This document shows, one piece after another, positions 1-11,898 of a DNA stretch of 64,000 nucleotides. The stretch spans positions 2,985,308 through 3,049,307 of the forward strand of contig MU061578.1 of assembly GCA_013265495.1 (NCBI GenBank). The letters run 5' to 3'. Source of the DNA: Vicugna vicugna. Its lineage: Eukaryota. Positions within the stretch are counted from its first letter, which is position 1, and every line of letters begins with the position of its first letter. The notes under the pieces were generated by a model. It was not told the DNA's origin and did no database searches. It saw only the letters and a program-made list of their open reading frames with translations. The position numbers were made by a program, and so were the translations under genes.

Positions 1-24
1 TACCACTGAGCTATACCCTCCCCC
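1..24 (-). mobile_element. 5' end of camelid tRNA-derived SINE (Vic-1-like), cut by the window edge
   Basis: Reverse complement GGGGGAGGGTATAGCTCAGTGGTA matches the head (A box) of the SINE copies at 10645, 10815, 27726 and 31431. Confidence 0.7.
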
Positions 25-129
25 TTGAATCCTGTAAATATTTAAGATCACCAAAAATAAAACTTCAAAGAGCAAAAACTGAAAAGATCAAAGTCAAAAA
101 CAAACTTATCCCAGGTTTTGCCACCAAAA

Positions 130-290
130 AAAAAAATGTCCATGAGTTGTTCACACACACCACAACCCCTCTCCCGCACCCTGTCTTCAAAAACCTTTCC
201 CTGAAAGCCACTGGGGAGTTCAGGCTTTTTGAGCATCAGTCTCCCAGACTCCTTGTTTAGCACCGGCAATAAACACTGCCATTTGACATC
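130..290 (+). mobile_element. LTR-like fragment (ERV type, family not assigned)
   Basis: AAAACCTTTCCCTGAAAGCC...GGGGAGTTCAGGCTTTTTGAGCAT...CAATAAAC resembles an LTR U3/R region with a poly(A) signal; recognised by eye only. Confidence 0.35.
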
Positions 291-349
291 ACATGGCTCC
301 TAGTATCACCCAAGTCCTCAGCATCACCTATGGTGATAGTCAGATCTTC

Positions 350-788
350 TCTTCTTGTGATAAAATGTAACATTTACTGTTTTAACTATTTTAAGGTGAA
401 CATCTCAGTGGCATTTAGTATATTTATCATGTTGCACAACTATCACCTACCTAGTTCCAGAACTTTTTCATCACTCCAAACAGAAACTCTGTGCCCCTCA
501 GCCCCTGGTGAGCAGTCTGCTTTCTGTTCCTGTGGATTTGCCCATTCTGGACACTTCATACAAAGGGAATCATACAACATGCCAACTTCTGTGTCTGACT
601 TCTTTTACTTGTCACACTACTTTCAAGGTTGATCTCTGTTGTAGCATGTACCAGTACTTCCTTTTCTATGGATGTATAATGTTCCATTGTAGGGAAATAC
701 CAAATTTTGTTTATTCTTTCATTGATTGGTAGACATTTGGGCTGTTTGTGTCTTTTTGGCTATGTGAATTGTGCTGCTGTGCACAGTC
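350..788 (-). mobile_element. Old L1 (L1MB-like) 3' end, left half; interrupted by a younger L1
   Basis: Typical antisense L1M 3' UTR text (CAGTGGCATTTAGTATATTTATCATGTTGCACAACTATCACC...); continues colinearly at 5298. Confidence 0.7.
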
Positions 789-949
789 TTTTTTTTTTTT
801 CTTTTTAAAAAGGTAATTTTGCCCCAAGTTTTTTAATAAAAGTATTTTTGTTATTTTGGGCAAATTTTTATAGTCCTTATATACAGTAAGACACTTAGGG
901 AAGTAGTGAGCTCCTGCCAAGGATTTCATTTCTTCCATATTTTTACTTA

Positions 950-3900
950 ATAGTTACATATTTAGTTATATTGAGATATAATTGACCTACAACACTATGT
1001 TAGTATAGTGATTTGATATTTCTATACACTACAAAATAATGACCGCAATAAATTTAGTTACCATCTGTCATCATACAGTTATCACAATATCACTGTCTAT
1101 ATTCCCCATGGCTGTACGTTTCATCCCCATGACTTGTTTATTTTGTAACTGGAAGTTTGTGCCTCTTCATCTCCCTCACCTATTTCTCTCATCTCCTCAC
1201 CCCTCTCCCCTCTGGCAACCACCAGCTTGTTCTCTGTATCTATGAGTCTGTTTCTGTTTTGTTATGTTTGCTCATTTGTTTTGTTTTTTAGATTCTACAT
1301 CTGAGTGAAATCATAGGTACTTGTTTTTGTCTGCCTGACTTATTTCACCTAGCATAATTCCCTCTGGGTCCAACCGTGTTGTTGCAAATGGCAAGATTTC
1401 ATTATCTTTTATGGCTGAGTAGTAATTTGTTGTATATATGTCCCATATCTTCTTTATCCTTTCATCTGTTGATGGGCACTTAGTCTGCTTCCATGTCTTA
1501 GCTGTTGTAAATAATGCTGCTGTACTTTGGGATGCATATGCCTTTTTATGTTAGTGTTTTTGTTTTCCTTGAAAAATACCCAGAAGGCAATCACATCTCT
1601 TTTGAAGCATTTCCACACTGTTTTTCTCCTTACTGTAAATTGCACTGATTTACATTCCCACTAACAGCACACAAGGGTTCTCTTTTCTCTACATCCTCAC
1701 CAGCACTTGTTATTTCTTGTCTGTTTGATGATAGCATTTGACAGGTGTGAGGTGCCATCTCATTATGGTTTTGATTTGCATTTCCCTGATGATTAGTGAT
1801 GTCAAGCATCTTTTCATGCGCGTGTCGGCCATCTGTACATCTTTTGGAAAAGATCTGCTCAATTTTAAATTAGGTCACTTGTTCTTTGATGTTGAGTTGT
1901 GTGAATTCTTTGTATATTTTGGATAATAACCTCTTATCAGATATACTGTTTGCAAATGTCTTCTCCCATTCAGTAGGCTGCCTTTTGTTTTGTTGATCAT
2001 TTCCTTTGTTGTGCAAAAATGTGTTCGTTTGATGTAGTCCAGTTTGTTTGTTTTTGCTTTTATTTTCCTTGCCTGAGGAGACATATATAAAAAAAATTGC
2101 TAAAACTGATGTCAAAGAGTATACAGTACATTGCAAAATGATTATAAATCAATAAAAAATGTTTAAAAAAAGAATATACTGCATAGGTATGCTTCTAAGT
2201 GTTTTATGGTTTCAGGTCCTACTTAAGTATAATTCATTTTGAGTTTATTTTTGTATATGGTGTGAGAAAGTAGTCCAATTTGATTCTTTTGCTTACAGCT
2301 GTCCAATTTTCCCAACACCACTTATTAAAAAGGCTGTCTTTCCCCATTATGTGTATTATTGCCTTCTTTGTCATGGGTTAATTGGCCATAAGTGCATGGG
2401 TCTATTTCTGGGCTCTCTATTCAGTTCCATTGATCTGTGTGTTTGTTTCTGTGCCAGTATCATACTGGTTTTAATTACTGTAGCTTTGAGTATAATCTGA
2501 AGTCAGGGCGCATGATTCCTCCAGCTTTGTTTTTCTTTCTAAAGATTGTTTTGGCTATTCAGGGTCTTCTGTGTTTCCATACAAATTTTAGAATTATTTC
2601 TTCTAGTTCTGTGAAAAATGCCATTGTAGTTTGATAGGGATTGCATTGAATCTGTAGGTTGCCTTGGGTAGTATAGTCATTTTAACAATATTAATTTTTC
2701 CAGTTCATGAGCATATTATATCTTTCCATCTGTTTGTGTCATCTTCAATTTCTTTTATCAATGTCTATATATTTCTGAACACAGGACTTTTTCCTCAGTT
2801 AGATTTATACTTATGTATTTTATTCTTTTTGATGCAATTATAAACAGCATTGTTTTCTTAACTTTTCTTTTAGAGCGTTTGTTCTTAATGTATAGAAATG
2901 CAACAGATTTCTGTGTATTAATTTTGTATCCTGCAACTTTACTGAATTCACTTATTAGTTGTAATAAATTTTGGCAGCATCTTAGGGATTTTCTATATTT
3001 AGTATCCTGTAATCTGGAAGCAGTGACAGTTTTATTTCCTCTTTTCCTATTTGGATTCCTTTTATTTATTTATTTATTTATTTGGTTTGATGGCTGTGGC
3101 TAAGACTTTCAGTATTATGTTGAATAAAAGTGGTGAGAGTGGGCATCCTTGTCTCGTTCCTGATCATAGAGGAAATGCTTTCAGCTTTTCACCATTGAGC
3201 ATGTTAGCTGTGGTCTTGAATATATAGCCTTTATTATATTGAGGTATGTTCCCTCTATACTTACTTTGTTGAGAGGTAGTGTTTTTTTTTTTGTCATAAC
3301 TGGTTCTTGAATATTGTCAAAAGCTTTTCCTGCATCTATTGAGATGACTATGTGATTTTTATTCTTCATTTTGTTAATATGGTGTATCACATTGATTAAT
3401 TTGTAGATCATGAACCATCCTTGCATTCCTGGGATAAATCCCACTTAATCATGGAGTACAATCCTTTTAATGTATTGTAGAATTTGGTTTGCTAAGTTTG
3501 TTGGGGATTTTTTCCATCTATGTTCATCAGTGATACTGGCCTGTAATTTTCTCTTTTTTAACTTTTTTTTTTTGAGTTACAGTCATTTTACAATGTTGTG
3601 TCAATTTCCAGTGTAGTAATTTTCTTTTTTGTGATATCGTTGTCTGGGTTTGGTACCATGGTGATGCTGGCCTCATAGAATGAGTCCAGAACCATCCTCT
3701 TAAATTCTTTGAAATAGTTTGAAAGGGATGGGTGTTGACTCTTCCTTAAATATGTGGTAGAATTCACTCATGAAGGTATCTGGTCCTAGACTTTTGCTTA
3801 CATATACATACACATACACACAATTATTTAAGTTGATGATTTCTTAAGTTCAAGTGCATTCTAACAACTCCACATTTTTACTCCTAACATTTAATGTTTT

Positions 3901-5297
3901 TGAAATCTTTCTGTTTCATTCCCTTAACTATTTATCATGGAAATGGATAATTTTACTACTTCTGTCTTTTAACCTTCCTACTAGCTTTATAAGTGGTCTT
4001 TATAAATGATCTATTACCTTTTTTGTATTTTTGCCTTTACCAAAGAAGTTTTTCCTTTCATAATTTTCATATTTCTAGTTGTGATCCTTTCTTTTCTTCT
4101 TAGATAAACCCCTTTAACATTTCTTGTAAAACTGGTTTAGTGGTGCTGAAATCTTTTAGATTTTGCTTGTCTATAAGACTCTATATCTCTGCTTCAAATG
4201 ATAGCCTTGCTGGGTAGAGTATTCTTGGTAGTAGCTTTTTTACTTTCATCATTTTAAATATATGGTGCCACTCTATCCTGGTTGGCAGAGTTTCCACTGA
4301 AAAATCAGCTGATGGTTTTATGGGAGGTCCCATCTGTGAAACTGGATACTTTTCTCTCGCTGCTTTTGAGATTTTCTCTTTATCTTCTATTTTTGCCATA
4401 TTAACTACAGTGTGTCTTGGTGTGGGTAGACCTATTTAGGTTTGTGTGGTTTGAGAGTCTCTGGGCTTTCTGTTTCCTTTCCCAAGTCAGGGAAGTTTCC
4501 AGCTATTATTTCTTAAAAAAAAAATCCTCTTACTCTTTCTCTCTTTTCTTCTGGGATCCCTATAATGTGAATAATAATACACTTGATGTTGTCCCAGAGA
4601 ACTCTAAAGCTGTCCTCATTTTTTTTTAATTCTTTTTTCTGTTCAGTCTGGGTGATATCCACTACTCTGTCTTCCAGCTCACCAATCCATTCCTCTGTAT
4701 CATCTAATCTACTGTTGATTCCTTCTACTGTATTTTTTTTCAGTTACTGTATTCTTCAGCTCTCTTTGGTTCTTCTGTATATTTTCTAACTCTGTGTTAA
4801 ACTTCTCACTCTGTTCATCCCTATTTCTCTTGAGTTCATTGAGCATCTTTATGATCATTACCTTGAACTCTTTATTGGGCAGACTGCTTATCTCCAATTG
4901 CTTAGTTCTTCTGGGGTTTTATCTTGTCCCTTTATTTGGAACATATTCCTCCATCATGTCATTTTGCCTAATTCTCTGTTTTTATTTCTATGTATTAGGT
5001 AGGTTGGTTACATTTCCCAGTTTTGATGGAGTGGCCTTATATCAGAGATGTCCTGTGTGTCCCAGCAATGCACTCCCCTCTGATCACCAGAGCTATATGC
5101 TCTAGGGTTGCCCCCTGCATGAGCTGTGTGGGCCCTTCTGTTGTGGGGGGCCAACTACTGTGGGTGTGTTGGTAGGTGGGGTGGCCCCAGATCAGGTTGG
5201 CTGCCAGGCCCTGCCTCACATGGAGGCTGCTGCCCACTGGTGGGTGGGGCTGGGGCCTGGGGCAGCTGGCTGTGTGTGGCCGTGGGGGCCAGGGGAT
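950..5297 (-). mobile_element. L1 element, degraded and internally deleted: 3' UTR and ORF2 remnants about 950-3790, ORF1 remnants about 3830-4900, GC-rich 5' UTR about 5040-5297
   Basis: Minus-strand ORF fragments: [29 protein letters not shown] (ORF2 RT), KRQPTEWEKTFAN..SDKRLLSKIYKE (ORF2 C-terminus), KEKISKAAREK..LPRILYPARLSF and LPNKEFKVMIIKMLNEL (ORF1). Confidence 0.9.
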
Positions 5298-5805
5298 TGC
5301 TGCGAAAATTCTTGTATAAGTTTTGGTGTGGATGTATGTTTTCAAAAGGTTGGATGTATACACCTAGGAGTGGAATTGCTTGGCCATACACTAACAATAT
5401 TTAATATACTGAGGAACCACCAAACTGTTTTCCACAATGGCTGCTGTATTTTACATTCCCAGCAGCCATGTATGAGGGTTCCACCTTCTCCACATTCTCG
5501 TCAGCTCTTGTTCTTTTGCTTTTTAAATTATTGTCATGGCTATCCTACTGGATGTGAAGTGGTACCTTGTCGGGGTTTTGATTTGCATTTCTGAATGAGT
5601 AAGGAAGCTGGGCGTCTTTTCATATGCTATTCAGAGACTTCTTTGGGGGTAAAGTTTATTCAAGTTCTTTGTCCACTTTTTAATGGGATTGTTTGTATTT
5701 TTGCTGCTGAGTGATAAGGGTTATCTCTATGTTCTGGACACAGTTCTTTACCAGACAGACGGTTTGCAAATATTCTCTCCCAGTCTCTGGGTTGCCTTTT
5801 CATCA
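5298..5805 (-). mobile_element. Old L1 (L1MB-like), right half
   Basis: GTATACACCTAGGAGTGGAATTGCTTGG..CAAACTGTTTTCCACAATGGCTG..GATTTGCATTTCTGAATGA are antisense L1 ORF2 end / 3' UTR motifs. Confidence 0.75.
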
Positions 5806-8047
5806 CTGACACATTTTAATCTGATCCAATCAAGCCTTTAGCTCTGACATCTAGTGTACAGGAAACACATGGATAAAGTAACTAGCTAAATAACACTTCA
5901 GGGAAACCACCGGAGCAATCCAAAATGTGGACCATTCTTCAAGTCAGCTGGTCTGGACTGTTCAGAGAGTCATAGGTATGGGGAAAATGTGGCTCTGGGG
6001 TGGAGAGCTTCTGGAATAGGAGAATAAAGAGACAATTGAATGCTACGTGTGAACCTAAGTCAGATCCCAATTTGAACAAATTGACCAACTTTGGGGGATG
6101 AATAAGAAATTTTGAAGCAAAGGAAAGTTGTTAGTTCACTTAGATTGGCAACAGATTCGTGGCCATTTATGCTCGGAGACCCATGCTGAGGTACACGTAG
6201 AGACAAGTTGCATGATGCCACCTCACCCTTCCATGGTGTTCGGACTAAAAATAAAGCACATTTAGATATATCCCTGTACATACTGACAAAGCAAACATAG
6301 CGAGCATTAACGATTGCAGGATCCAAGTGGCAGGACCACCAGCAATCACAATACTGTTCTTGAACATGAGATCAGACCTCAAGCGTTGCTCCGCTCACCC
6401 TCATTCACTCCGCCCCAGTCATTGGCCTCCTGTTCTCACTTGAACGATGGAAGCATGGCCCCTCTCAGGGCCTCTGTCCTTGCTGTCCCCTCCACTTGCC
6501 ACTCACACTCCTCCCCAAACATCTCATGGTTTATTCTCCTAGTTCCTTCAAATACTTGCTCAAATTTACCATCCCAGTGACATCTTCCCCCACTGCCTTA
6601 TCTAAAAGTGAAAGCCCTCTCAGCTCCACCCACAGTGCTTCCCTGCATTTTCCTTTCTGATGTCAATGCCCTCCAGCCAGAGATTCCTGTAGTCAGAATT
6701 GAGTCTGTTAACTCACCGTCACAGAGAAGACCACCCGCCATGGGGGACCGTGGGTGTCTGAGTTAGAGGGCTGAGGCTGGACTCAAAGAAGCAGGGCTTC
6801 ACTCTGGACAAGAGGAGGGAGTAATCCTATCATTGAGTATGTTAACTCTTATCCAGAAGATGAGAGGTGCTATGATTGGCAGAGAAGCAGCCATTATTCA
6901 CATCAGCCAGGATTAGGGATGTCTGGTTGTGCCTGCAGTAAGAACGATTCCTGTTTCCTCTATTTGAACAGGGTTCTCCTTTGTCTGCAGCACCACAGTC
7001 ACAGGTGGCAGGATTTACCTTCATGCTCCACAGGAGACAGGCTCCACAGAAGGAGCCCGGCAGGGGTGGCCCTTCTCCTTCTCCAAGTGTGTTTGCTGAC
7101 TGCACTCACTCTGTGCTGCATGGCTTCCTCAGCAGAGAGCAGACGTTCCCACAGGCCCCTGCGGGGTCCCCAGCTGTTAGAGCTGGCCTGGCCCCAGGCA
7201 GGTGGTCACACATCATCCATGAAGTTCGAAAGCCTGCCCGAGGCGACCCCTGCCACTCACCTGCCTTTAGAGTCTGGTCGGGGCTGCACAGACTCAGTCC
7301 CAGGGGAGACACCCAAGGTGGGCCCCCTTCTCCAGGGGTGACTCTGACCAGAGGGAGTGCTGCCCAAGAGTGTGTGGCGGGATGTGGGCCCATGTGCCTC
7401 GCAGTTTCCCCCGGGGGCAGAAGGGGAGGCAGGAGAAGCCTGGGTCCCCAGAGACGCTCTCCGAAGGCCCTGGCCCTGCTGCCAGTGGGCTTGGTGACGA
7501 TGGCTGGCCTCTCCTCCCTCTAGGCCTCAGATTCCCCATGTCCCAGGTAACCCCAAGAACCTCTCAGGTTCCAAAGAATCGGCACCTGTTTGTGCTGGTG
7601 AGTCTGAATGGCCAGGTGCACCATCAGCTCCATGGAGATGGGAGCCAGCCTCCTCGTCCACCATCGGGCAGGTAATGACCAGCAATCCTGGGCTCCCGGC
7701 CCTGAGCTCGGCATCCAGGAGGCAGGGCAGGTAGGACCACTAGCTCAGGGAGAAGGTGGTCGTTACACTCCAAGGGGCTGAAGCACAAGGACCACCGATT
7801 CACTCAGCAGGTACTCTAGGGGAGCTGGCCCTGGGCTCCTGGCTGTTTGAGATGCTTGCAATGGACCAGTGAACAAAACAAAAATTCCCTGCGCTCCTGA
7901 GCTTGCATTCTAGTGAATAAAAAACACAAACACTTTTCTTTGGAAAAAAGGAAAGTACAGTAGATGGGAGATTAGACAGACAGGGGTGAGGGGTGGTGAG
8001 ATTTTTTTATGGATCAGGAATGGTTTTATATTTCGGATCTTCGGATT

Positions 8048-8352
8048 TTTTAATTGAATTATAGTTGATATACAATGTTGTGTTAGTTTCTGGTGTACAG
8101 CATACTGATTCCGTTATACATATACTTGTATATATTCTTTTTCATTGTGAATATAGTTTCATTGAATATAGTTCCCTGTGCTACACAGTAGGACTTTGTT
8201 GTTTCTCTATTTCATATACAGTAGTGTGTCTGAAAATCCTGAACTCCCAATTTATTCCTCCTGCTCCCCTTCCCTGCTGGTAACCATAAATTTGTTTTCC
8301 TATGCCTATGAGTCTTTTTCAATCTTGTAAATAAGTTGATTTGTGTCATTTT
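8048..8352 (-). mobile_element. L1 3' end fragment
   Basis: TTTTTAATTGAATTATAGTTGATATACAATGTTGTGTTAGTTTCTGGTGTACAGCA.. is an antisense L1 tail. Confidence 0.7.
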
Positions 8353-10644
8353 AAATGGGGGGGGTCAGTGTGGATCTAGTGACAGTGATGTTTGAGGGAG
8401 TGACAATATTGGGGAGCCCCTTCAGAGGGGAGGTCCCAGGTGGATGGAGGAGGACAGAGGGTGGAGGCAGAGCTGGGGGGCACAGGGAGCTTTCCCTCAC
8501 TGAGAACCAAAAGCCATGGAGGGGAGAGTGGAGGGTCCAGGTGGACTGTGGTCGCTGGCCTGAGCCTTCAGAAGGGAGAATGGTGCTGCCATCACTGGAG
8601 GCAGGGGAGGGGCAAGAGTAGGGAAGTGAGGCTGAAATACTCCCTGGGTAGGAGCCTGGGTCAGGGAGACACTGTCAGAAGTGTCCAGGGCACTGGCGGA
8701 GGTTAGTGCAGCCCGGTGGACTGAGGGCAGACAGAGAGAGAGCATGGGGACTGAGCCAGGACATCCCACATTAAAAGCAGTGACCTCAGCACAGGTTGGT
8801 GGGGTCAGGACACAAGCCTTACTCTCCAGGAGAAGAAAGAAAGAGAGGAAGACAGTTGGGGGAGAGGCTGAGAGGCTGCTTGGGTCGGGCTTGCGGGTGG
8901 AGAAGGAGGCTCACCGGAGGCCCCAGAGCACAGAAGGAGGGGGGCTACCTGCCCCCCGCCCCCCAGAACTCAGGAATAGTCCTTATCTTCTGCCCTCAGG
9001 CCCTCCCTGGGCTCATCCAGCCCCTCTTACATCACAGCCCCCTGCCCCTGCCTGAACCTCTGGGGGCTGGGGTCCCTCATCTGTTCTAACCCAGGCTGGT
9101 TTACTGGTCCTGGATCTCCACATGCTACTCCCTTCCACAATTCATTCCACCCCTCCACACACCTGGAACCTCCATCCTGGCCGGGGGACCCCCTTGGGGA
9201 GGAATTTCCAAGGTGGGGGTCAGTCTCCTCTGGTGCCATCTCCTCCCCAACCTGGAGGCTGAACTGGACATGGAAACTGTTTCTGCTGGACCTCAGACAT
9301 CCTCACAGTGACCACGGCAGCACCCAGGCTTGAAGGGCACCCACAGTGAGACTCAGGAACCTGCTTTGCAGATCACAAGTCTAGGTTTCGGATTTACCTT
9401 CCCCTGCAGGCGGTGGGCTCAGGTTCTCTATCAAGCAGACGTGACAAGCACACACTTGCTGAGTGAGAGACCGATGGCGAAGTGAAGAAAAATCATTTCA
9501 CGAAGCTGCATTTTCAAGGTGTCTCAGCTAAAGAAAGAGAACCCAGACATGTCAGTGATGACTCGGGCAAAAGTGGTGATTTTTCTCTCCTCCACAGAGT
9601 CTGTGTTCTTCCTCGAAAGGTCTAAAAGGAGTGTATACTGTTTGCGTGTACAGAGAGCCTCTGAGGATGAGATGCTAACTGGTCCCCACTGCAGCCGGAG
9701 GGGAGAAACCCACAGTGCCCTGAGGGCTCTCGGACATAGTTTGGGTTGTTTCATGAACATGGTAATCTACTGGAGTGTCCCTGGAAGTGGGGAGGCGGTG
9801 AGAAGGGAACTTTCATTTTTTACGCTATGCTTTTGCCAGGATAGCTATTATAATTGATGGGTTTAATTTGTAAGTGTTAAATAACGTTCATTGAAATACA
9901 TTCACAAAGTGTGTTAAATAAAATGTAGAAAGAAAAGCTCGAGTGTATGAAAATAGTGTATGTAAATAGTGTGTGTGTTTGGAGATTGATGGTGTGTGTA
10001 TACATAAAACCAAATTACACACAACACTGTAAACTGACGACACTTCAATAAAAAAGAATGCAAAAATTTATAGAAGTACGTTCTGAGTTCAGTTATCTGT
10101 AAAAGGAACAAACAGATTCTAATCATCATGCAGGAAAATGCTCAGCCTCAACAGCCAACAGAAACAGGTGCCCCTACACGTATTCTCACAGACAGAGAGG
10201 AGTCCCAGTGCTGCATGTCGGCCAGGCGGTGTGGAACCTGGACCACGCTGTGAACACTGGCTCCGTCCAGGAACAGAGCTGTCGATGGAGGCCAGCCTCT
10301 TTCTCTGAGCACCTCTGGGTGCTTCCTCTGCGCAGCTGGCAGGTGGATGGGGGTACGTGACCAGAGGAGTCACCCCACGGGACCAAGGCCTGGGCTCTCA
10401 GATTGGTCTGCAAACTCTTGGCTCAGAAACAGAGACCAGGGCAGGGCCCAAGGCAACCCGCAGCTCAGCTCCCACCTCATGGAACTGAATGGTCACAGCA
10501 GAGTGTGCTCAGCATGGAAGCCCAATGAAAACACAGGCAAAAACCAATCAGAGTTACAGTAACCCCCATCACTTATGGATCATTGTCATTACCAGTTTGG
10601 TACTGTTCTATCTATCCCTTCCTTCTATTTAAAAAAACATTATT

Positions 10645-10800
10645 GGAGGGAGGTTATAGCTCAAGTGGTAGGGTGAATGTTTAGCATGCTTGAAGTTCTG
10701 GGTTCAATATCCAGTACCTTCTCTAAAAATAAATAAATGAATAAATCTAGGTACCTCCCCTCTCAAAAAAAGTAAAATAAAATTTTTAAAATAAATAAAT
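10645..10800 (+). mobile_element. Camelid tRNA-derived SINE (Vic-1-like)
   Basis: GGAGGGAGGTTATAGCTCAAGTGGTAG..GGGTTCAATATCCAGTACC with A-rich tail; flanked by AAAAACATTAT direct repeats. Confidence 0.8.
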
Positions 10801-10814
10801 AAAAACATTATCAT

Positions 10815-10925
10815 GGAGGGGGTAATAGCTCAGTAGTAGAGTGCATGCTTAGCATGCATGAGGTCCTGGGTTCAATCCCCAGTACCTCCACTAAAAAGTA
10901 AAAATAAAATAGGATAAACAAAAAT
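10815..10925 (+). mobile_element. Camelid tRNA-derived SINE (Vic-1-like)
   Basis: GGAGGGGGTAATAGCTCAGTAGTAGAGTGCATGCTTAGCATGCATGAGGTCCTGGGTTCAATCCCCAGTACCTCC with A and B boxes and an A tail. Confidence 0.85.
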
Positions 10926-11744
10926 AAAAAACATTGTCACGTAATGTGTCCTGTTTTTTCCCTTCTTATTAAAAAATTCTGTATTTTGAAAAAGATGTGA
11001 GGAATGTTGATCATAATTAAAACATTTTAATCAGGCTATAATCTGTTGAACTTAAAAATACATAAAAACGGACCCCTTGCAAGAACACATACTAACTAAA
11101 AGGAATACATCAAGCACACTAGAATGGTCACCTTGCGGGAGGAGGAGGGAATAAGCCAAGACGGTAAAGGATACAAATACATAAAGCAGAAGAGGTCTGC
11201 AAAGGGTGTGATGAGAATGTGACAAGTAGGACTGAGGTCTCCTGAGACCCCAGGCTTTGCGTGAAGAGGCCAGCCTCCTCCCCCCGGGTACCCACCAGGC
11301 TACTGGGGGACTTGACTTATGGGTGGTGGAGAACCTCAGACGGAACTTTATCTGGGTGAGGAGAGGGCTACACAGCAGAGGTGTGAGAGGATCTGAAGCC
11401 ATTGTGGGCTCACACCCTGTGACACCTGGCCTCGGTGTCCCTCTATGGGCCTCAGTTTTTTCATCAGGTGGCAATACTGCAGCTTAAAGTAAGAAACAGA
11501 GAGTGCTTCTGTGACGGCCTGATGCTTTCCAGGTCATCCTTCTATCGCAAGGCCAGGGAGGCCGGGGGATAATCATTACAGAGTCCAGTCTCTGGGCTAG
11601 CCTGATACATGGACCCTTGACCCAGGCCTGGGCCCCTATCTCCCTGCAACATGGGCTCTGGCTGTGGCTCTGCAGGGGAGGCCCGAGTGATAGCCCCTCA
11701 CCCCACCAGGCCCACCAGGCCTGACTGCCCATTGTCACTGCATC

Positions 11745-11830
11745 TGATAAGAGGCCCCACCACCCAAACCCCCTCCCCTCTCCCAGAGATGACCACAGCC
11801 TGGCCCTCACCCTGGCTCCAGGTATATAAG
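11745..11830 (+). promoter_or_regulatory. HBZ: Zeta-globin proximal promoter: GATA site, CACC/C-rich box, TATA box; no CCAAT
   Basis: TGATAA at 11745-11750, CCACCACCC at about 11757-11765, TATATAAG at 11823-11830, ATG at 11899 in GCCGCCACCATG. Confidence 0.75.
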
Positions 11831-11898
11831 GGGACCCTGGGGGCCGAGCACCATGGAGGCCAGTTCTGAGCACACCTAGCTCTAGGTCAGCCGCCACC

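Noticed and set aside
6919..7714. ORF cluster with a signal-peptide-like stretch (VALLLLQVCLLTALTLCCMASSAES) and several donor-like sites; considered as a hidden gene or second zeta relic
   Set aside because: No globin motifs or recognisable homology, and I could not build a coherent exon chain; TBLASTX or RNA-seq would be needed
9479..9857. Overlapping 78 and 112 aa ORFs considered as a pseudogene fragment
   Set aside because: No recognisable protein family, poly(A) tail or target-site duplication
10815..10890. tRNA-like sequence with A and B boxes
   Set aside because: Multiple diverged copies with A-rich tails and target-site duplications indicate a SINE, not a tRNA gene
1..11700. Major alpha-globin enhancer (HS-40/MCS-R2)
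   Set aside because: It is known to lie in NPRL3 introns further upstream; no NPRL3 exons or paired NF-E2 plus GATA cluster were recognised in this window
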